Shown here piece after piece: positions 17,264-26,731 of a stretch of DNA of 64,000 nucleotides. Under the pieces are notes generated by a model, which ran no database searches, was not told the DNA's origin, and worked only from the letters and a program-made list of their open reading frames with translations. The number at the start of each line of letters is the position of its first letter. Within the stretch, counting starts at the first letter, position 1. Source of the stretch: a virus. Lineage: Duplodnaviria > Caudoviricetes. The stretch is taken from the IMG/VR virus record IMGVR_UViG_3300044633_001982. One strand, given 5' to 3'. The translations under genes and the position numbers were made by a program.

Positions 17264-17470
17264 ATGGAATTAGATAACATTAATCAATTAGTTTTTGAAT
17301 TTTTTGAAAGTAGGAGTGATTTAAAAAGTAAATTTTATGATTCACTTCATCGTTTAATTTTTGATAAAGAAAGTACTCATTTAAAAAATTTATTAATTTC
17401 TTATGAAAGTCAAATAATTGATTTTGAAAAAAGAAAAAATAAAAAAACTACAGAAAAAGAAAAAGAATAA
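17264..17470 (+). CDS. hypothetical protein
   Basis: TATTTAT 17253-59 upstream. Confidence 0.55.
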   Translation: MELDNINQLVFEFFESRSDLKSKFYDSLHRLIFDKESTHLKNLLISYESQIIDFEKRKNKKTTEKEKE

Positions 17471-17484
17471 CTATTTTTTGATTA

Positions 17485-17667
17485 ATGATAGATTTTGGTA
17501 TTAAACATAAAAATATTTGTCAACAGTGCAAACGAGAAAAAGAGGATTGTTGTGAATTAACATCTTCTTTGTCTGATAAAAAGTACATATTGTGTTTATC
17601 TTGTGTACGATTTTTTGACTACTTCTTAAATCACCCAAAAACTTTAAGACAAAAAAATAAAAAGTAG
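17485..17667 (+). CDS. small zinc-finger protein
   Basis: CQQC...CLSC. Confidence 0.55.
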   Translation: MIDFGIKHKNICQQCKREKEDCCELTSSLSDKKYILCLSCVRFFDYFLNHPKTLRQKNKK

Positions 17668-17716
17668 AAAACAACTATATTTTTAAGTTTTTTGTAAAGA
17701 ATAATATTTATTCTAT

Positions 17717-19135
17717 ATGAAAAAATTATTAACTGAGGGTGGAATACGTAATATTAACGAATTATCTAAAAGATACAAAAAAGCGAAAATTTATTTTCAT
17801 ATGGACTTAGATGGTGTTACAACCGCTTTGGCTATGAAAAAATATTTGGAAGATAATGGTATTAAAGTTGTCGAATCTGAGGTAATACAATACGGTGATA
17901 AAGAATTTTCAGTTAGAAAGGCCGATGCTCATGGAGAAATAATGCCGGTTTTGGTAGATTTTGCTCACGGTAAACCAATGTTTATTGTACACACTGACCA
18001 TCACGACAGACAGGCAGGAGCTGATGACACAAGTTCTAAATCATTTAGACAAGCACGTTCAAATGTTGAGACTTTATCTCAAATTATACCTGCGAGTGAA
18101 ATTTTCACACCTGAGGATGTTGCAACAATATCAATGGTTGATAGCGCTGATTATGCTTCTAAAGACATCACACCAAAAATGGTGATGAATTATGTTTTTA
18201 ATTTTGATAAAGACAAATCGGCAAAAGAAAACAGAATGATGTTGGGATTAGTGACTAACAAGTTACTTTTAGCGTTCAAAAATAAACCAGATTTTTTAGA
18301 AAATTTGGTTATGACCTCTAAACCATCAATACTGTCAATATTCAATATTATAAGTAAAATTGTTAAAGATAGAAATTATCCATCATCTTCAGAACTTGAA
18401 AAAAATAAAGAAGGTTATATTAAATCAATGAAAACCAGCCCAAATGTTAAGACTGAGGATGGAATCATTGTCCAATATGGTGGTGGTAGTATGATAAAGG
18501 CCGGTTCATACGATAGGTACACTCCATTTGAAAATAATCCTGACGCCGACTTTTTGGTTATTGCTTGGCCATTAGGCTTATTACAAGCGTCTTGTAATCC
18601 ATTTAAAAAAGAAAGAGAATTAAAAGGGGTAAATCTTGGTGAAATTGCTCAAGAAGTTTTGAGTAAATGGGAAAGTAAATTAAAAGATAGAGTTATACCA
18701 CTGTCAACAATTAAGTGGATTTCAGAATCTGATAAATCTTTTAGCGAACAATCTGTAGGATTCACATTTAAAGACTTTGCAGCAATTTACGGTGAAAAAA
18801 TGATGGATATTGATAATGGTATGGAATATTTGGGTATTATAAAAGACCTAATGTCAAAACCATTTAAAAGTTTAACAGACCAAGAGAAAGAATTATTAGA
18901 TAAATTGGGTGTAACTGCTTGGGACATAATACAAGCAAATTCTGGTGGTCACAAATGTATTACTAATATTTCAGGTTTAAATTTCTTTGGTAGAAGTAAA
19001 AGACCACCTGAAGGGAAATACAGTAAACCTGCGGATAGTGAAGACGCCGCATATGTTAAATTCTTAAAGACATTACAAAAAGAATTCGTACAAAAATTAC
19101 AAGAAAAAATTAAAGAATCTAAATCGGTAAAATAA
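17717..19135 (+). CDS. DHH-family phosphoesterase
   Basis: YFHMDLDGVT, VDFAH, TDHHD, VDSADY motifs. Confidence 0.75.
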   Translation: MKKLLTEGGIRNINELSKRYKKAKIYFHMDLDGVTTALAMKKYLEDNGIKVVESEVIQYGDKEFSVRKADAHGEIMPVLVDFAHGKPMFIVHTDHHDRQAGADDTSSKSFRQARSNVETLSQIIPASEIFTPEDVATISMVDSADYASKDITPKMVMNYVFNFDKDKSAKENRMMLGLVTNKLLLAFKNKPDFLENLVMTSKPSILSIFNIISKIVKDRNYPSSSELEKNKEGYIKSMKTSPNVKTEDGIIVQYGGGSMIKAGSYDRYTPFENNPDADFLVIAWPLGLLQASCNPFKKERELKGVNLGEIAQEVLSKWESKLKDRVIPLSTIKWISESDKSFSEQSVGFTFKDFAAIYGEKMMDIDNGMEYLGIIKDLMSKPFKSLTDQEKELLDKLGVTAWDIIQANSGGHKCITNISGLNFFGRSKRPPEGKYSKPADSEDAAYVKFLKTLQKEFVQKLQEKIKESKSVK

Positions 19136-19466
19136 TTTTATCTCCGACATTTATTTTATTTTTGTGACAATATCCTGAAGGTAATTCTAATACGTAATTA
19201 CCTGATGAGCAGTATCTTGGACAATCTTCAGAGTTACATTTTTCACATGAGTTGAATATCTTAACGATTTCAAATTTTTCATTTAGAAATAAAATGTCTA
19301 AATCAATTATACAATCTTTCATCCAAAAACAATCGTAATCATCACCAATTAAAAATAACATACACCCAAACCCATCAAAAGTTTTGTTTTGCATACCTTC
19401 CATTTTTTCTTTTGGTGTTGAGCAAACCTTACATGTTAATTTTTTACCTTTAAGTGAAATTTTCAT
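19119..19466 (-). CDS. DUF192-like protein
   Basis: GM..., MLF, FWMKDCIIDLDILFL, CPRY, YVLELPSG. Confidence 0.8.
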   Translation of the reverse strand: MKISLKGKKLTCKVCSTPKEKMEGMQNKTFDGFGCMLFLIGDDYDCFWMKDCIIDLDILFLNEKFEIVKIFNSCEKCNSEDCPRYCSSGNYVLELPSGYCHKNKINVGDKIILPI

Positions 19467-19525
19467 ATTATATAAATAGATTGATTTTTTATTTGATTGT
19501 AGTATTTATAGTATATTGAAATGTT

Positions 19526-19888
19526 ATGAGTAAAAAAATTAATATAAACGAATCCGAAAAAGATAGAATCCTCAATTTACATAATGACCCATCTTTAAAA
19601 AGAAAATTATTTGAAACTGAGGTACCTGAAACTTTAACTCCTGAAACTCTTAAGCCAAGAACTAAGGATGAATTTATGAAAGTTTTTAATATGGGACAAA
19701 ATTACCCATGTTCATTCCAACACGGACATTTTAAAGTTGATGACACTCAATTAAATGCTCCTGATAAGGATGACTTTGAAATAAAAGATGGTACTACAGG
19801 AAACGTTTATCACGACGCGGTTAAAGTTTATTTCAAACCAAATCCGTCCTTTGAAGGACACAAACCTGTTGCGATTGTTTTATTTTAA
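19526..19888 (+). CDS. leader-tagged (class B) protein
   Basis: MSKKININESEKDRILNLH...LFE. Confidence 0.7.
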   Translation: MSKKININESEKDRILNLHNDPSLKRKLFETEVPETLTPETLKPRTKDEFMKVFNMGQNYPCSFQHGHFKVDDTQLNAPDKDDFEIKDGTTGNVYHDAVKVYFKPNPSFEGHKPVAIVLF

Positions 19889-20583
19889 AACTCTATTTGT
19901 TCTTCAAATAATACGTGGTGTTCGTAATCTTCTTCGTTAATACCTATAGATAATTGAACCAAGTTGTCATTGGTATATATTTCAAAATAACCTTGAGAAC
20001 CTTCATTTATTTCCCATCCTCCATAATTTGATTCTAACATGTTATAAAGAAAATCACTAAAGGATGCCGGCATTTCCACTTCTATATCTCCATTACTTAA
20101 TCCACGTTCATTAATATATCCACTATCACCACCTCCGTCGAAATCTACTTTAATGGTCCTAATTCCTTCTGATTTCCACTTGGTAATCTCCTCAATCATT
20201 TCTTTATCAGTAATTTCTTTTTCATTACCATAATCTCTTGTATTTGTGATAGATTCTCTATCCTCAATAGATAATGATTGATTTTTAACTGTATATCTAA
20301 CATACATACTGTGATTATTATCCCAATCTATGTTATCCCAAATTGACTCATTATTTACAACTACTTCATATAATCTTTCAAAAAAATTTGTTAATTTTTC
20401 AGGAACTTTTGGTTCAAATGTTCCATGGACGTATGGATGAAACCAACCAGAGTCAACATCTCCTCCAGCATTAACGTAGAATTCTGCGGATATGTATTTC
20501 CCACCTTCACTTTTTAACCAAAAATGAAGTAATTTAAATAATTTTTTATTTTCAGGATTTGATATAAATTCTTGTAAAGTCAT
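19885..20583 (-). CDS. DUF6878-like protein
   Basis: FDGGGDSG and YGGWEINEGSQG motifs (family name from memory). Confidence 0.6.
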   Translation of the reverse strand: MTLQEFISNPENKKLFKLLHFWLKSEGGKYISAEFYVNAGGDVDSGWFHPYVHGTFEPKVPEKLTNFFERLYEVVVNNESIWDNIDWDNNHSMYVRYTVKNQSLSIEDRESITNTRDYGNEKEITDKEMIEEITKWKSEGIRTIKVDFDGGGDSGYINERGLSNGDIEVEMPASFSDFLYNMLESNYGGWEINEGSQGYFEIYTNDNLVQLSIGINEEDYEHHVLFEEQIEF

Positions 20584-20594
20584 ACTGATAAATA

Positions 20595-20948
20595 TTAATC
20601 ATTTATTTCTAATTCTAATGTTTTTAACATCCACATAGGTTTTTTTTCATTTTGAATCGCGTCAATCCATTCTTTTGCAGTTGGTATGTACCCATTACAA
20701 TCTTCTTTAACATGTTGTTCTCCGACATACCTCGTATATACTACAATATCATCACTATTAATAAATGATGGACCAAACCTTTTTTCCATTTCAAATATAC
20801 CCTCCGAATGATGCCTAAACATTCTATGTGTAGAATGTCCGTACCAAGCCTTGGTTTCATCTAACCATTCATGTAAATGAATATAGTCTTCCCATTTACC
20901 TCCAAATTTTTTTACTGAACTTTTTGCATGTAATATTGGATGTGCCAT
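20595..20948 (-). CDS. DUF6915-like His-rich protein
   Basis: MAHP..HAKSS.KKFGG..EDY..LH.WLD.TK...HRMFRHH.EGIF...EQHV.EDC (family name from memory). Confidence 0.7.
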   Translation of the reverse strand: MAHPILHAKSSVKKFGGKWEDYIHLHEWLDETKAWYGHSTHRMFRHHSEGIFEMEKRFGPSFINSDDIVVYTRYVGEQHVKEDCNGYIPTAKEWIDAIQNEKKPMWMLKTLELEIND

Positions 20949-21214
20949 TATTTTTTAATTGATGTTGTTAATACGTAATCTGTGTCTAAACTTAAAAATT
21001 TCCAAGCGTCTAAAATCAAAATTTCTAATGCTTCAGGAAATATCTCTATTGATAAATCGTAGTCAGTAGGAATAAGTACTACTGACATATGAATTTTTTT
21101 TAGTTGTGTCGAATATCCCATTGTATCAATAACAATAGTTGAACCTGGACCAAAAAAAGAATCAATATCTTTTTTATATAATTTATTTATTAATTTTTCA
21201 AAGTATTGATTCAT
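20948..21214 (-). CDS. hypothetical protein
   Basis: Start moved to 21214 (MNQYFE). Confidence 0.65.
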   Translation of the reverse strand: MNQYFEKLINKLYKKDIDSFFGPGSTIVIDTMGYSTQLKKIHMSVVLIPTDYDLSIEIFPEALEILILDAWKFLSLDTDYVLTTSIKK

Positions 21215-21229
21215 TATATTTATAATAAT

Positions 21230-21535
21230 ATGACAAACGAACAAAAAGCTAAAGTTTATATTAAAGGATTACGTAAATTTTTAGATAAAATCCCAAATCT
21301 TATAGAGTATAAAATATTGGATGAAAATCAAATTTATGAGGCTATTGTTAATAATAAAGATAAGTGGTTTTGGAGGGTCGATATTGTTATAGAATACTAT
21401 ATTGAAATGGATAATGAAGAAGATTCTAATTGGGTCGGAAATCTACACAAATATGTAAATTTACTTTCAAAAAGTTTAGAAATTGAAAATATAATTTTAC
21501 CTGATATTACTTTTAAGGCGAAAGTTAGGGAATAA
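21230..21535 (+). CDS. hypothetical protein
   Basis: Start moved to 21230 (MTNEQK); divergent, 15 nt from 21214. Confidence 0.65.
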   Translation: MTNEQKAKVYIKGLRKFLDKIPNLIEYKILDENQIYEAIVNNKDKWFWRVDIVIEYYIEMDNEEDSNWVGNLHKYVNLLSKSLEIENIILPDITFKAKVRE

Positions 21536-21869
21536 TATAATACCTCAACTCCAAAGTATTTATTCTATCATTGTAAACAAGTTTAATAAAAGATTTTATG
21601 TGAGTTCTTATTTCTTTATAATGTGACCCATCTAAATATTTTACAAAATACTCGGATAGGTACCCATCACTTGTTTGTATGATATCTAAAAGTGTTAAAT
21701 TAGAGCCTGTCATTTTTAAAAATGTAGGTAATTTAATTTTTACTTCATAGATAACATCTAATTTATCATCTTTTTTATCTACGGAAATCAAGTTTGCATC
21801 CTCCAAAAAATCATAATTTTTTAGTAAAAACTTTTTTATAGTTTTTTGAAGAATGTCAAACTTGTCCAT
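21525..21869 (-). CDS. hypothetical protein
   Basis: 114-aa ORF. Confidence 0.65.
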   Translation of the reverse strand: MDKFDILQKTIKKFLLKNYDFLEDANLISVDKKDDKLDVIYEVKIKLPTFLKMTGSNLTLLDIIQTSDGYLSEYFVKYLDGSHYKEIRTHIKSFIKLVYNDRINTLELRYYIIP

Positions 21870-21898
21870 AGTGTTAATAATAGTAAATAAAAAATTAT

Positions 21899-22039
21899 TT
21901 ATCTACCTTGTCCTCGGTAAGCTTTTTTGTAATTTTTTGACCTTTTATTATTAGTCATTTTTTTAGAAAATTTACCAGATTTTTTCACACCGAAAGTAAC
22001 CTTACTTGATGTGCCCCCTTTTGATACTTTTGCTGCCAT
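21899..22039 (-). CDS. 46-aa basic protein ending YRGQGR (not in ORF track)
   Basis: MAAKVSKGGTSSKVTFGVKKSGKFSKKMTNNKRSKNYKKAYRGQGR. Confidence 0.7.
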   Translation of the reverse strand: MAAKVSKGGTSSKVTFGVKKSGKFSKKMTNNKRSKNYKKAYRGQGR

Positions 22040-22140
22040 TATATATTATTTGCCAATAAGTATTTCATTATTTTATATTTTATGAATATTTATCTTAAAA
22101 GAACTTAGGTTCATAAATTTTAAACCCAAATTAATGGATA

Positions 22141-22344
22141 GTGATGACTTGGAGACAAATATTTCACAGAAATGTTGCAACATATTGTCTAATGGCTGGA
22201 ATGTTTTTCAACCCTTTAGGATTCGACATCATTTTCAAAATGATTTTAGATGCTACGAATTCTTATTGGATTACCACAGGTATTTTTTATGGTATATCTC
22301 TATCATTTTTTGGATTATATTTTTTATTTCGTAAAAAACAATGA
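22141..22344 (+). CDS. small two-TM membrane protein
   Basis: Two hydrophobic segments, basic C-tail; overlaps next start. Confidence 0.65.
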   Translation: MMTWRQIFHRNVATYCLMAGMFFNPLGFDIIFKMILDATNSYWITTGIFYGISLSFFGLYFLFRKKQ

Positions 22345-22919
22345 AAAATTCAATTAGTAACGTGACTCCACAAAAAATTTCTGAGGGATTAAATTACCAT
22401 TTAGATAATAATATTCCAATTACTGAAAATGTTTTTAGACCTCATTCTCAATCATTTTTTAATTTAATTAATGAAGTTAGAAGTTTATACATGAATGACC
22501 AAATTTCTTTAGATGAAGAAGAGATTGAATTAATTGAGACTGAAATTGGTAACACAGCAATCTTACAAGATGGTACTGAAGTTTATTTGGACATTCCATT
22601 ATCTGAGGAGTTTTTAAATGAAGCGGAATATAATGGTAAAAAAGTTGAACTTGGGAAACCAAGAAGAAATACAGGTGGAGGTAAAAAATATGTTGTTTAC
22701 GTTAAAAATCCATCTACAGGAAGAGTTAAGAAAATATCTTTTGGTGACGTTCATGGAGGGTTAACCGCCAAAGTTTCTAATCCAAAGGCTCGAAAGGCAT
22801 TTGCTTCAAGACATAATTGCAAGTCTAAAAAAGATAGAATGACTGCCGGTTATTGGGCGTGTCGTTTAAATAGATTTGGTCACTTGTGGGGTGGTAAAAC
22901 TTATCCAGGGTATTGGTAA
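22341..22919 (+). CDS. conserved phage virion-type protein (DUF6321-like C-terminal module)
   Basis: YVVYV....G.VKKISFG...ARKAFASRHNC....AGYWAC after FLNE. Confidence 0.6.
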   Translation: MKNSISNVTPQKISEGLNYHLDNNIPITENVFRPHSQSFFNLINEVRSLYMNDQISLDEEEIELIETEIGNTAILQDGTEVYLDIPLSEEFLNEAEYNGKKVELGKPRRNTGGGKKYVVYVKNPSTGRVKKISFGDVHGGLTAKVSNPKARKAFASRHNCKSKKDRMTAGYWACRLNRFGHLWGGKTYPGYW

Positions 22920-22922
22920 TAT

Positions 22923-23195
22923 ATGAAACCTTATATAGATTCTGAGATTACTGAAAATTCTAAAATAAGAGTATTCAATTCTGAAGTTGATTCAGGTGAA
23001 TTACATTGGCATAGAGATAGAGAAACCCGTTTAGTTGAAGTTATTGAAGGTAATGGTTGGGAATTACAATTAGATGATAAATTACCCGTTAAAATGGAGG
23101 TGGGAAGCGAATATCTAATCCCTAAAGGTATTTATCATAGAACAATAAAAGGATATGGTGATTTGAAACTAAAAATCACATTTATAAATGAGTGA
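22923..23195 (+). CDS. cupin-fold protein
   Basis: ELHWHRDRE...IPKGIYHR.IKG. Confidence 0.7.
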   Translation: MKPYIDSEITENSKIRVFNSEVDSGELHWHRDRETRLVEVIEGNGWELQLDDKLPVKMEVGSEYLIPKGIYHRTIKGYGDLKLKITFINE

Positions 23196-25038
23196 AAATA
23201 TTTTAAATAGAATTAAATTATTAATGGAGTATGACACAAGTAAAACTTTGTCTGAAAATGAATTAATGATTGAACAATTGGTTTATCAAAAAAAACCTGA
23301 AGGAGGGTACAAATTAGTAGATGGACCATACCAAGGGTTAAAGCCTTCTGAAATTTTCCCAAATTTAAATTCTAAAACATATCCAAAAGAATTGGATAAT
23401 AATAGACAACCCATTTCAACATCACCTGTCCCATCTTTTCAAAAAAATGATTATACTCCAAAACAAGATTACAATGAATTTGCGGACCCAAAATCTAAAT
23501 GGAATAAAAACCGTGCAGCCGAAAGACTTGGAGTTAGTCCTGACAGAGTTGTATGGGACCCAAATGTAACACAGGACCAACAATATATGGATAAATCGGG
23601 TACTCATACTAAAAAAGTTAAAGTTGGTGGGTGGGTTAAAATGACTGCCGAAAACGTTGGGTTAAGAGGTACACCATTTGGGTTTCACCCAAGTGAATAT
23701 CCTGAGTACAAAAAAAGAAAAAAGGAATTAGATGAACTATGTCAAAATTCAAAAACAGGAGTTTACAATAATAATAAGTCGGAATGTGATGCAAAATATG
23801 AAGCGTTGAAGAATGAATATTATCATTCCGATTTTCCTTATGGTATAACTAAACAAGAATTTTTAGATTGGTCAAAAGGACAAGAAGATATAAGCGGACA
23901 AAAAAATAAAGAAATATTGGCAGTTAAAGATGGGATTAAAGGTCTTTATCGTAATAACGATTATGTAGATTCCGTTGGGTTACCAAAATCAGATTATTTT
24001 ATGACTTTTCACAATGAATTGGTTAAAAGTTCTGAAAATCAAATGGTCTCAAGTAAAATCAGTCAATACAATGAATTATCCGATATATTAGATGCTGTTT
24101 ATGAAAGAAACCCAAAGGCGATTGAAAGATTAACCCAAAGTGATTTAGATAAATTTTGGGAAAAATGGGGAGATGTGATTGAAATAATAATTTATGTTGT
24201 TGGACCCGCAATATTGACTTGGGGAGCGTCATTGGCGGTAAGTGCCGCGGGACTTGCAATTACGGAAGGGGCTCAATTAGTGAGAATAGTTACCGCTCTT
24301 GGGGAATATGGAATACCAGTAGCAATGGGTACTACCAAGTGGATTAAAAATGGTAAATTAACAGGTGATGCGGTTATGGATTTTGTCTTTGCCCTTTTAC
24401 CTATTATTCATAAGGGTATTGGTATTGTGAAACAACCATCTGCCGCAGTATGTGAAAGTTTAGCTAGTAAATTTGCACAATATAACACTAAAACTGTTAG
24501 TGGTATGAAAAAGTTTATATCGAACTTAACTCAGGAAGAAAAATATATTTTTAGACAGGTAGTTAAAAATAAGCAAAATCTTGGTAAAGGTATTGATGAT
24601 GCTTTAAAGGCTCAAATTAAATCCGCAAATAAAAGGGCAGATTTACTTGTAAAGGCAATTGGTGTAGAGTCTGTTGGTAACATCGCACCAAAATATGGTT
24701 ATCTTCTATATAAAGGTATTAAATATACATTAGTACCTGACATTACAGTGATTGAAATTGCTAAACATATGGCTGAAAAATATGGGTTAACTAACGACAA
24801 AGAAACACAACTGGCTAAAGATTTAGAAGAGTTTAGAAGTAACAATCCTGATTGGTTTATACCATTATTGGCTAACATTTCTGATGTTTTGGAAAAAAAT
24901 AAAGATGCAGATTGGTCAAAAATAATTACTAGTAAATCATATGAAAGATTAGGTGGAGATGAAATTATGATGATGTTAGGACAACTTGATATGTCAAATT
25001 GGTTAGTCGATGAAAATGGTAATCCATTAGAATTATAA
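23188..25038 (+). CDS. leader-tagged (class C) large protein with hydrophobic TM hairpin
   Basis: ILNRIKLLMEYDTSKTLSE; WGDVIEIIIYVVGPAILTWGASLAVSAAGLA. Confidence 0.75.
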   Translation: MSENILNRIKLLMEYDTSKTLSENELMIEQLVYQKKPEGGYKLVDGPYQGLKPSEIFPNLNSKTYPKELDNNRQPISTSPVPSFQKNDYTPKQDYNEFADPKSKWNKNRAAERLGVSPDRVVWDPNVTQDQQYMDKSGTHTKKVKVGGWVKMTAENVGLRGTPFGFHPSEYPEYKKRKKELDELCQNSKTGVYNNNKSECDAKYEALKNEYYHSDFPYGITKQEFLDWSKGQEDISGQKNKEILAVKDGIKGLYRNNDYVDSVGLPKSDYFMTFHNELVKSSENQMVSSKISQYNELSDILDAVYERNPKAIERLTQSDLDKFWEKWGDVIEIIIYVVGPAILTWGASLAVSAAGLAITEGAQLVRIVTALGEYGIPVAMGTTKWIKNGKLTGDAVMDFVFALLPIIHKGIGIVKQPSAAVCESLASKFAQYNTKTVSGMKKFISNLTQEEKYIFRQVVKNKQNLGKGIDDALKAQIKSANKRADLLVKAIGVESVGNIAPKYGYLLYKGIKYTLVPDITVIEIAKHMAEKYGLTNDKETQLAKDLEEFRSNNPDWFIPLLANISDVLEKNKDADWSKIITSKSYERLGGDEIMMMLGQLDMSNWLVDENGNPLEL

Positions 25039-25061
25039 TAATAAAATAAAAATATAAAAAA

Positions 25062-26099
25062 ATGAAAAAAATATTATCTGTTAATCCAAACGAAAAACAA
25101 AGAATTTTAGAAATGCATGGGTTTACAAATAACTCAAATGTTATTAATGAACAATATAGTGAATTACGAAGTAAAATCGTAGACAAGTTTGTTTCAGGAT
25201 TAGAAAAAAACGATGTCAAGGCATTTGATGAGTTAAGTACCATTATAGGTAGAAAGTCCAATGAAGCATTAGACGTAGCCTTTAATAGAGTATTAGATTT
25301 GGCGGTTAATGGAGGTAGAGTAGAAGGGGCTAAAGTTATGCAATTTTGTAGAAAATTAAGTTCATTTAACGACCAATTTGCTCAAAAATTTTATGAAAAT
25401 CAAATTAAAATAATTGATAAAATTAAACAAAAATACCCTAATGACTGGGAAAAATTGGTTAAAACCAATTATGGTGAAAAAGTTCTTGAAAAGGCTAAAA
25501 AAGGAGCGTCGTCCTCCTCCTCCTCTTCATCAAAATTAGATGAATTAGGAATTGCTACTCAAATTCAAAATTATTTAAATCCTAATAGATTTGATGGTTT
25601 AAGTAGACAAGCATTTGATGCTCAATTTGTACTTACAAAAAATAATTTATCACGTACATCTGACATATTTTCAAGTCAAACATTATTAAATGACGTGTTT
25701 GGTACTATTTTTTCAAAAAACGCCACAGCTGACCAAATCCAAGAGTTACTTAATGCTATGAGTATGAAAATAGGATTTAATAAAGAACAACAAGAAGTTT
25801 TTGACAAATTATTAAATTATTTTTCAACAGGTAAAAACCCTTCATTTGGAAAATATCAAACTCCATGGTTAAATGACCTCGCAAATATGGGTTCAAGTGC
25901 TTGGAATGGTGCAAAACCTATTGTTGAACCTATTGCCGATAAATTAGTAAAGAAAGGTATTACGGCTTTAAAAATTGCGGGAATTACTGTTGGGGTTGTA
26001 GTTTTCTTAGTTATTGTTTTACTATTTGCGGCAATTTCAGCGTTAAGAGGTGGAGGAAGTAAGAAAGAAAGAAAATATAATTCTAAGTACGAAGACTAA
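25062..26099 (+). CDS. leader-tagged (class B) protein, paralog of 8160, C-terminal TM
   Basis: EKQRILEMHGF...VINE; poly-Ser linker; IAGITVGVVVFLVIVLLFAAI. Confidence 0.75.
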   Translation: MKKILSVNPNEKQRILEMHGFTNNSNVINEQYSELRSKIVDKFVSGLEKNDVKAFDELSTIIGRKSNEALDVAFNRVLDLAVNGGRVEGAKVMQFCRKLSSFNDQFAQKFYENQIKIIDKIKQKYPNDWEKLVKTNYGEKVLEKAKKGASSSSSSSSKLDELGIATQIQNYLNPNRFDGLSRQAFDAQFVLTKNNLSRTSDIFSSQTLLNDVFGTIFSKNATADQIQELLNAMSMKIGFNKEQQEVFDKLLNYFSTGKNPSFGKYQTPWLNDLANMGSSAWNGAKPIVEPIADKLVKKGITALKIAGITVGVVVFLVIVLLFAAISALRGGGSKKERKYNSKYED

Positions 26100-26719
26100 T
26101 CAAATTTTTTTAATATTTTTTCAAAAATATTTTTTAAAGTTTTAGAACTAATTATTGTTAATCCCCAAGCGGAAACTCTCTTAGTTAGTTCTAAAATTTC
26201 ATCCTCAGTTATTGAGTGTGATGTTGCGATTTGTAATAATATAGGAATTATTGGAATTAAAAAAGAATATGCAATAATTCCTGACATTGCATTAACAGTT
26301 ATATTTAATCCACTTAAAAAATTTAAAAAAGTACTTTTTAAATCTGAGGCCTTTTCTTTAACAATTAAAAAATTCTCATAAAGACCTTTTTCTTTTAATG
26401 AATTTTTAATTTTTTTTAAATTATCAGAATTTTGAAAAATTACTGAAAACACCACACCAATTAAAATTAAGGATTTATCGGTTGAAGTTAACTCAGGCAT
26501 TTGTCCGTCAATTAACTGACTTAAAGGAGTTAAAAACCCACCAATTGCCGAGCTCCATGTTAATAATAATTTAAAATCTAAACTTAAATTACCTTTAACT
26601 TCTGAGTATATTTTTTTTATTAAATCTTCAGAATTATTTTTTACATTTTCTAAATCATTAGAAACGGATTCAATAATCAATAATCGTCTTTGTGATTCGC
26701 TTAATATTAATGTTGACAT
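26096..26719 (-). CDS. leader-tagged (class A-like) multi-TM protein
   Basis: MSTLILSESQRRLLIIE; three hydrophobic segments. Confidence 0.7.
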   Translation of the reverse strand: MSTLILSESQRRLLIIESVSNDLENVKNNSEDLIKKIYSEVKGNLSLDFKLLLTWSSAIGGFLTPLSQLIDGQMPELTSTDKSLILIGVVFSVIFQNSDNLKKIKNSLKEKGLYENFLIVKEKASDLKSTFLNFLSGLNITVNAMSGIIAYSFLIPIIPILLQIATSHSITEDEILELTKRVSAWGLTIISSKTLKNIFEKILKKFD

Positions 26720-26731
26720 ATTTATAAATAT
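26718..26731. promoter_or_regulatory. palindromic bidirectional late-type motif ATATTTATAAATAT
   Basis: Same 14-mer as 10949-10962, again between divergent ATGs 12 nt apart. Confidence 0.65.
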
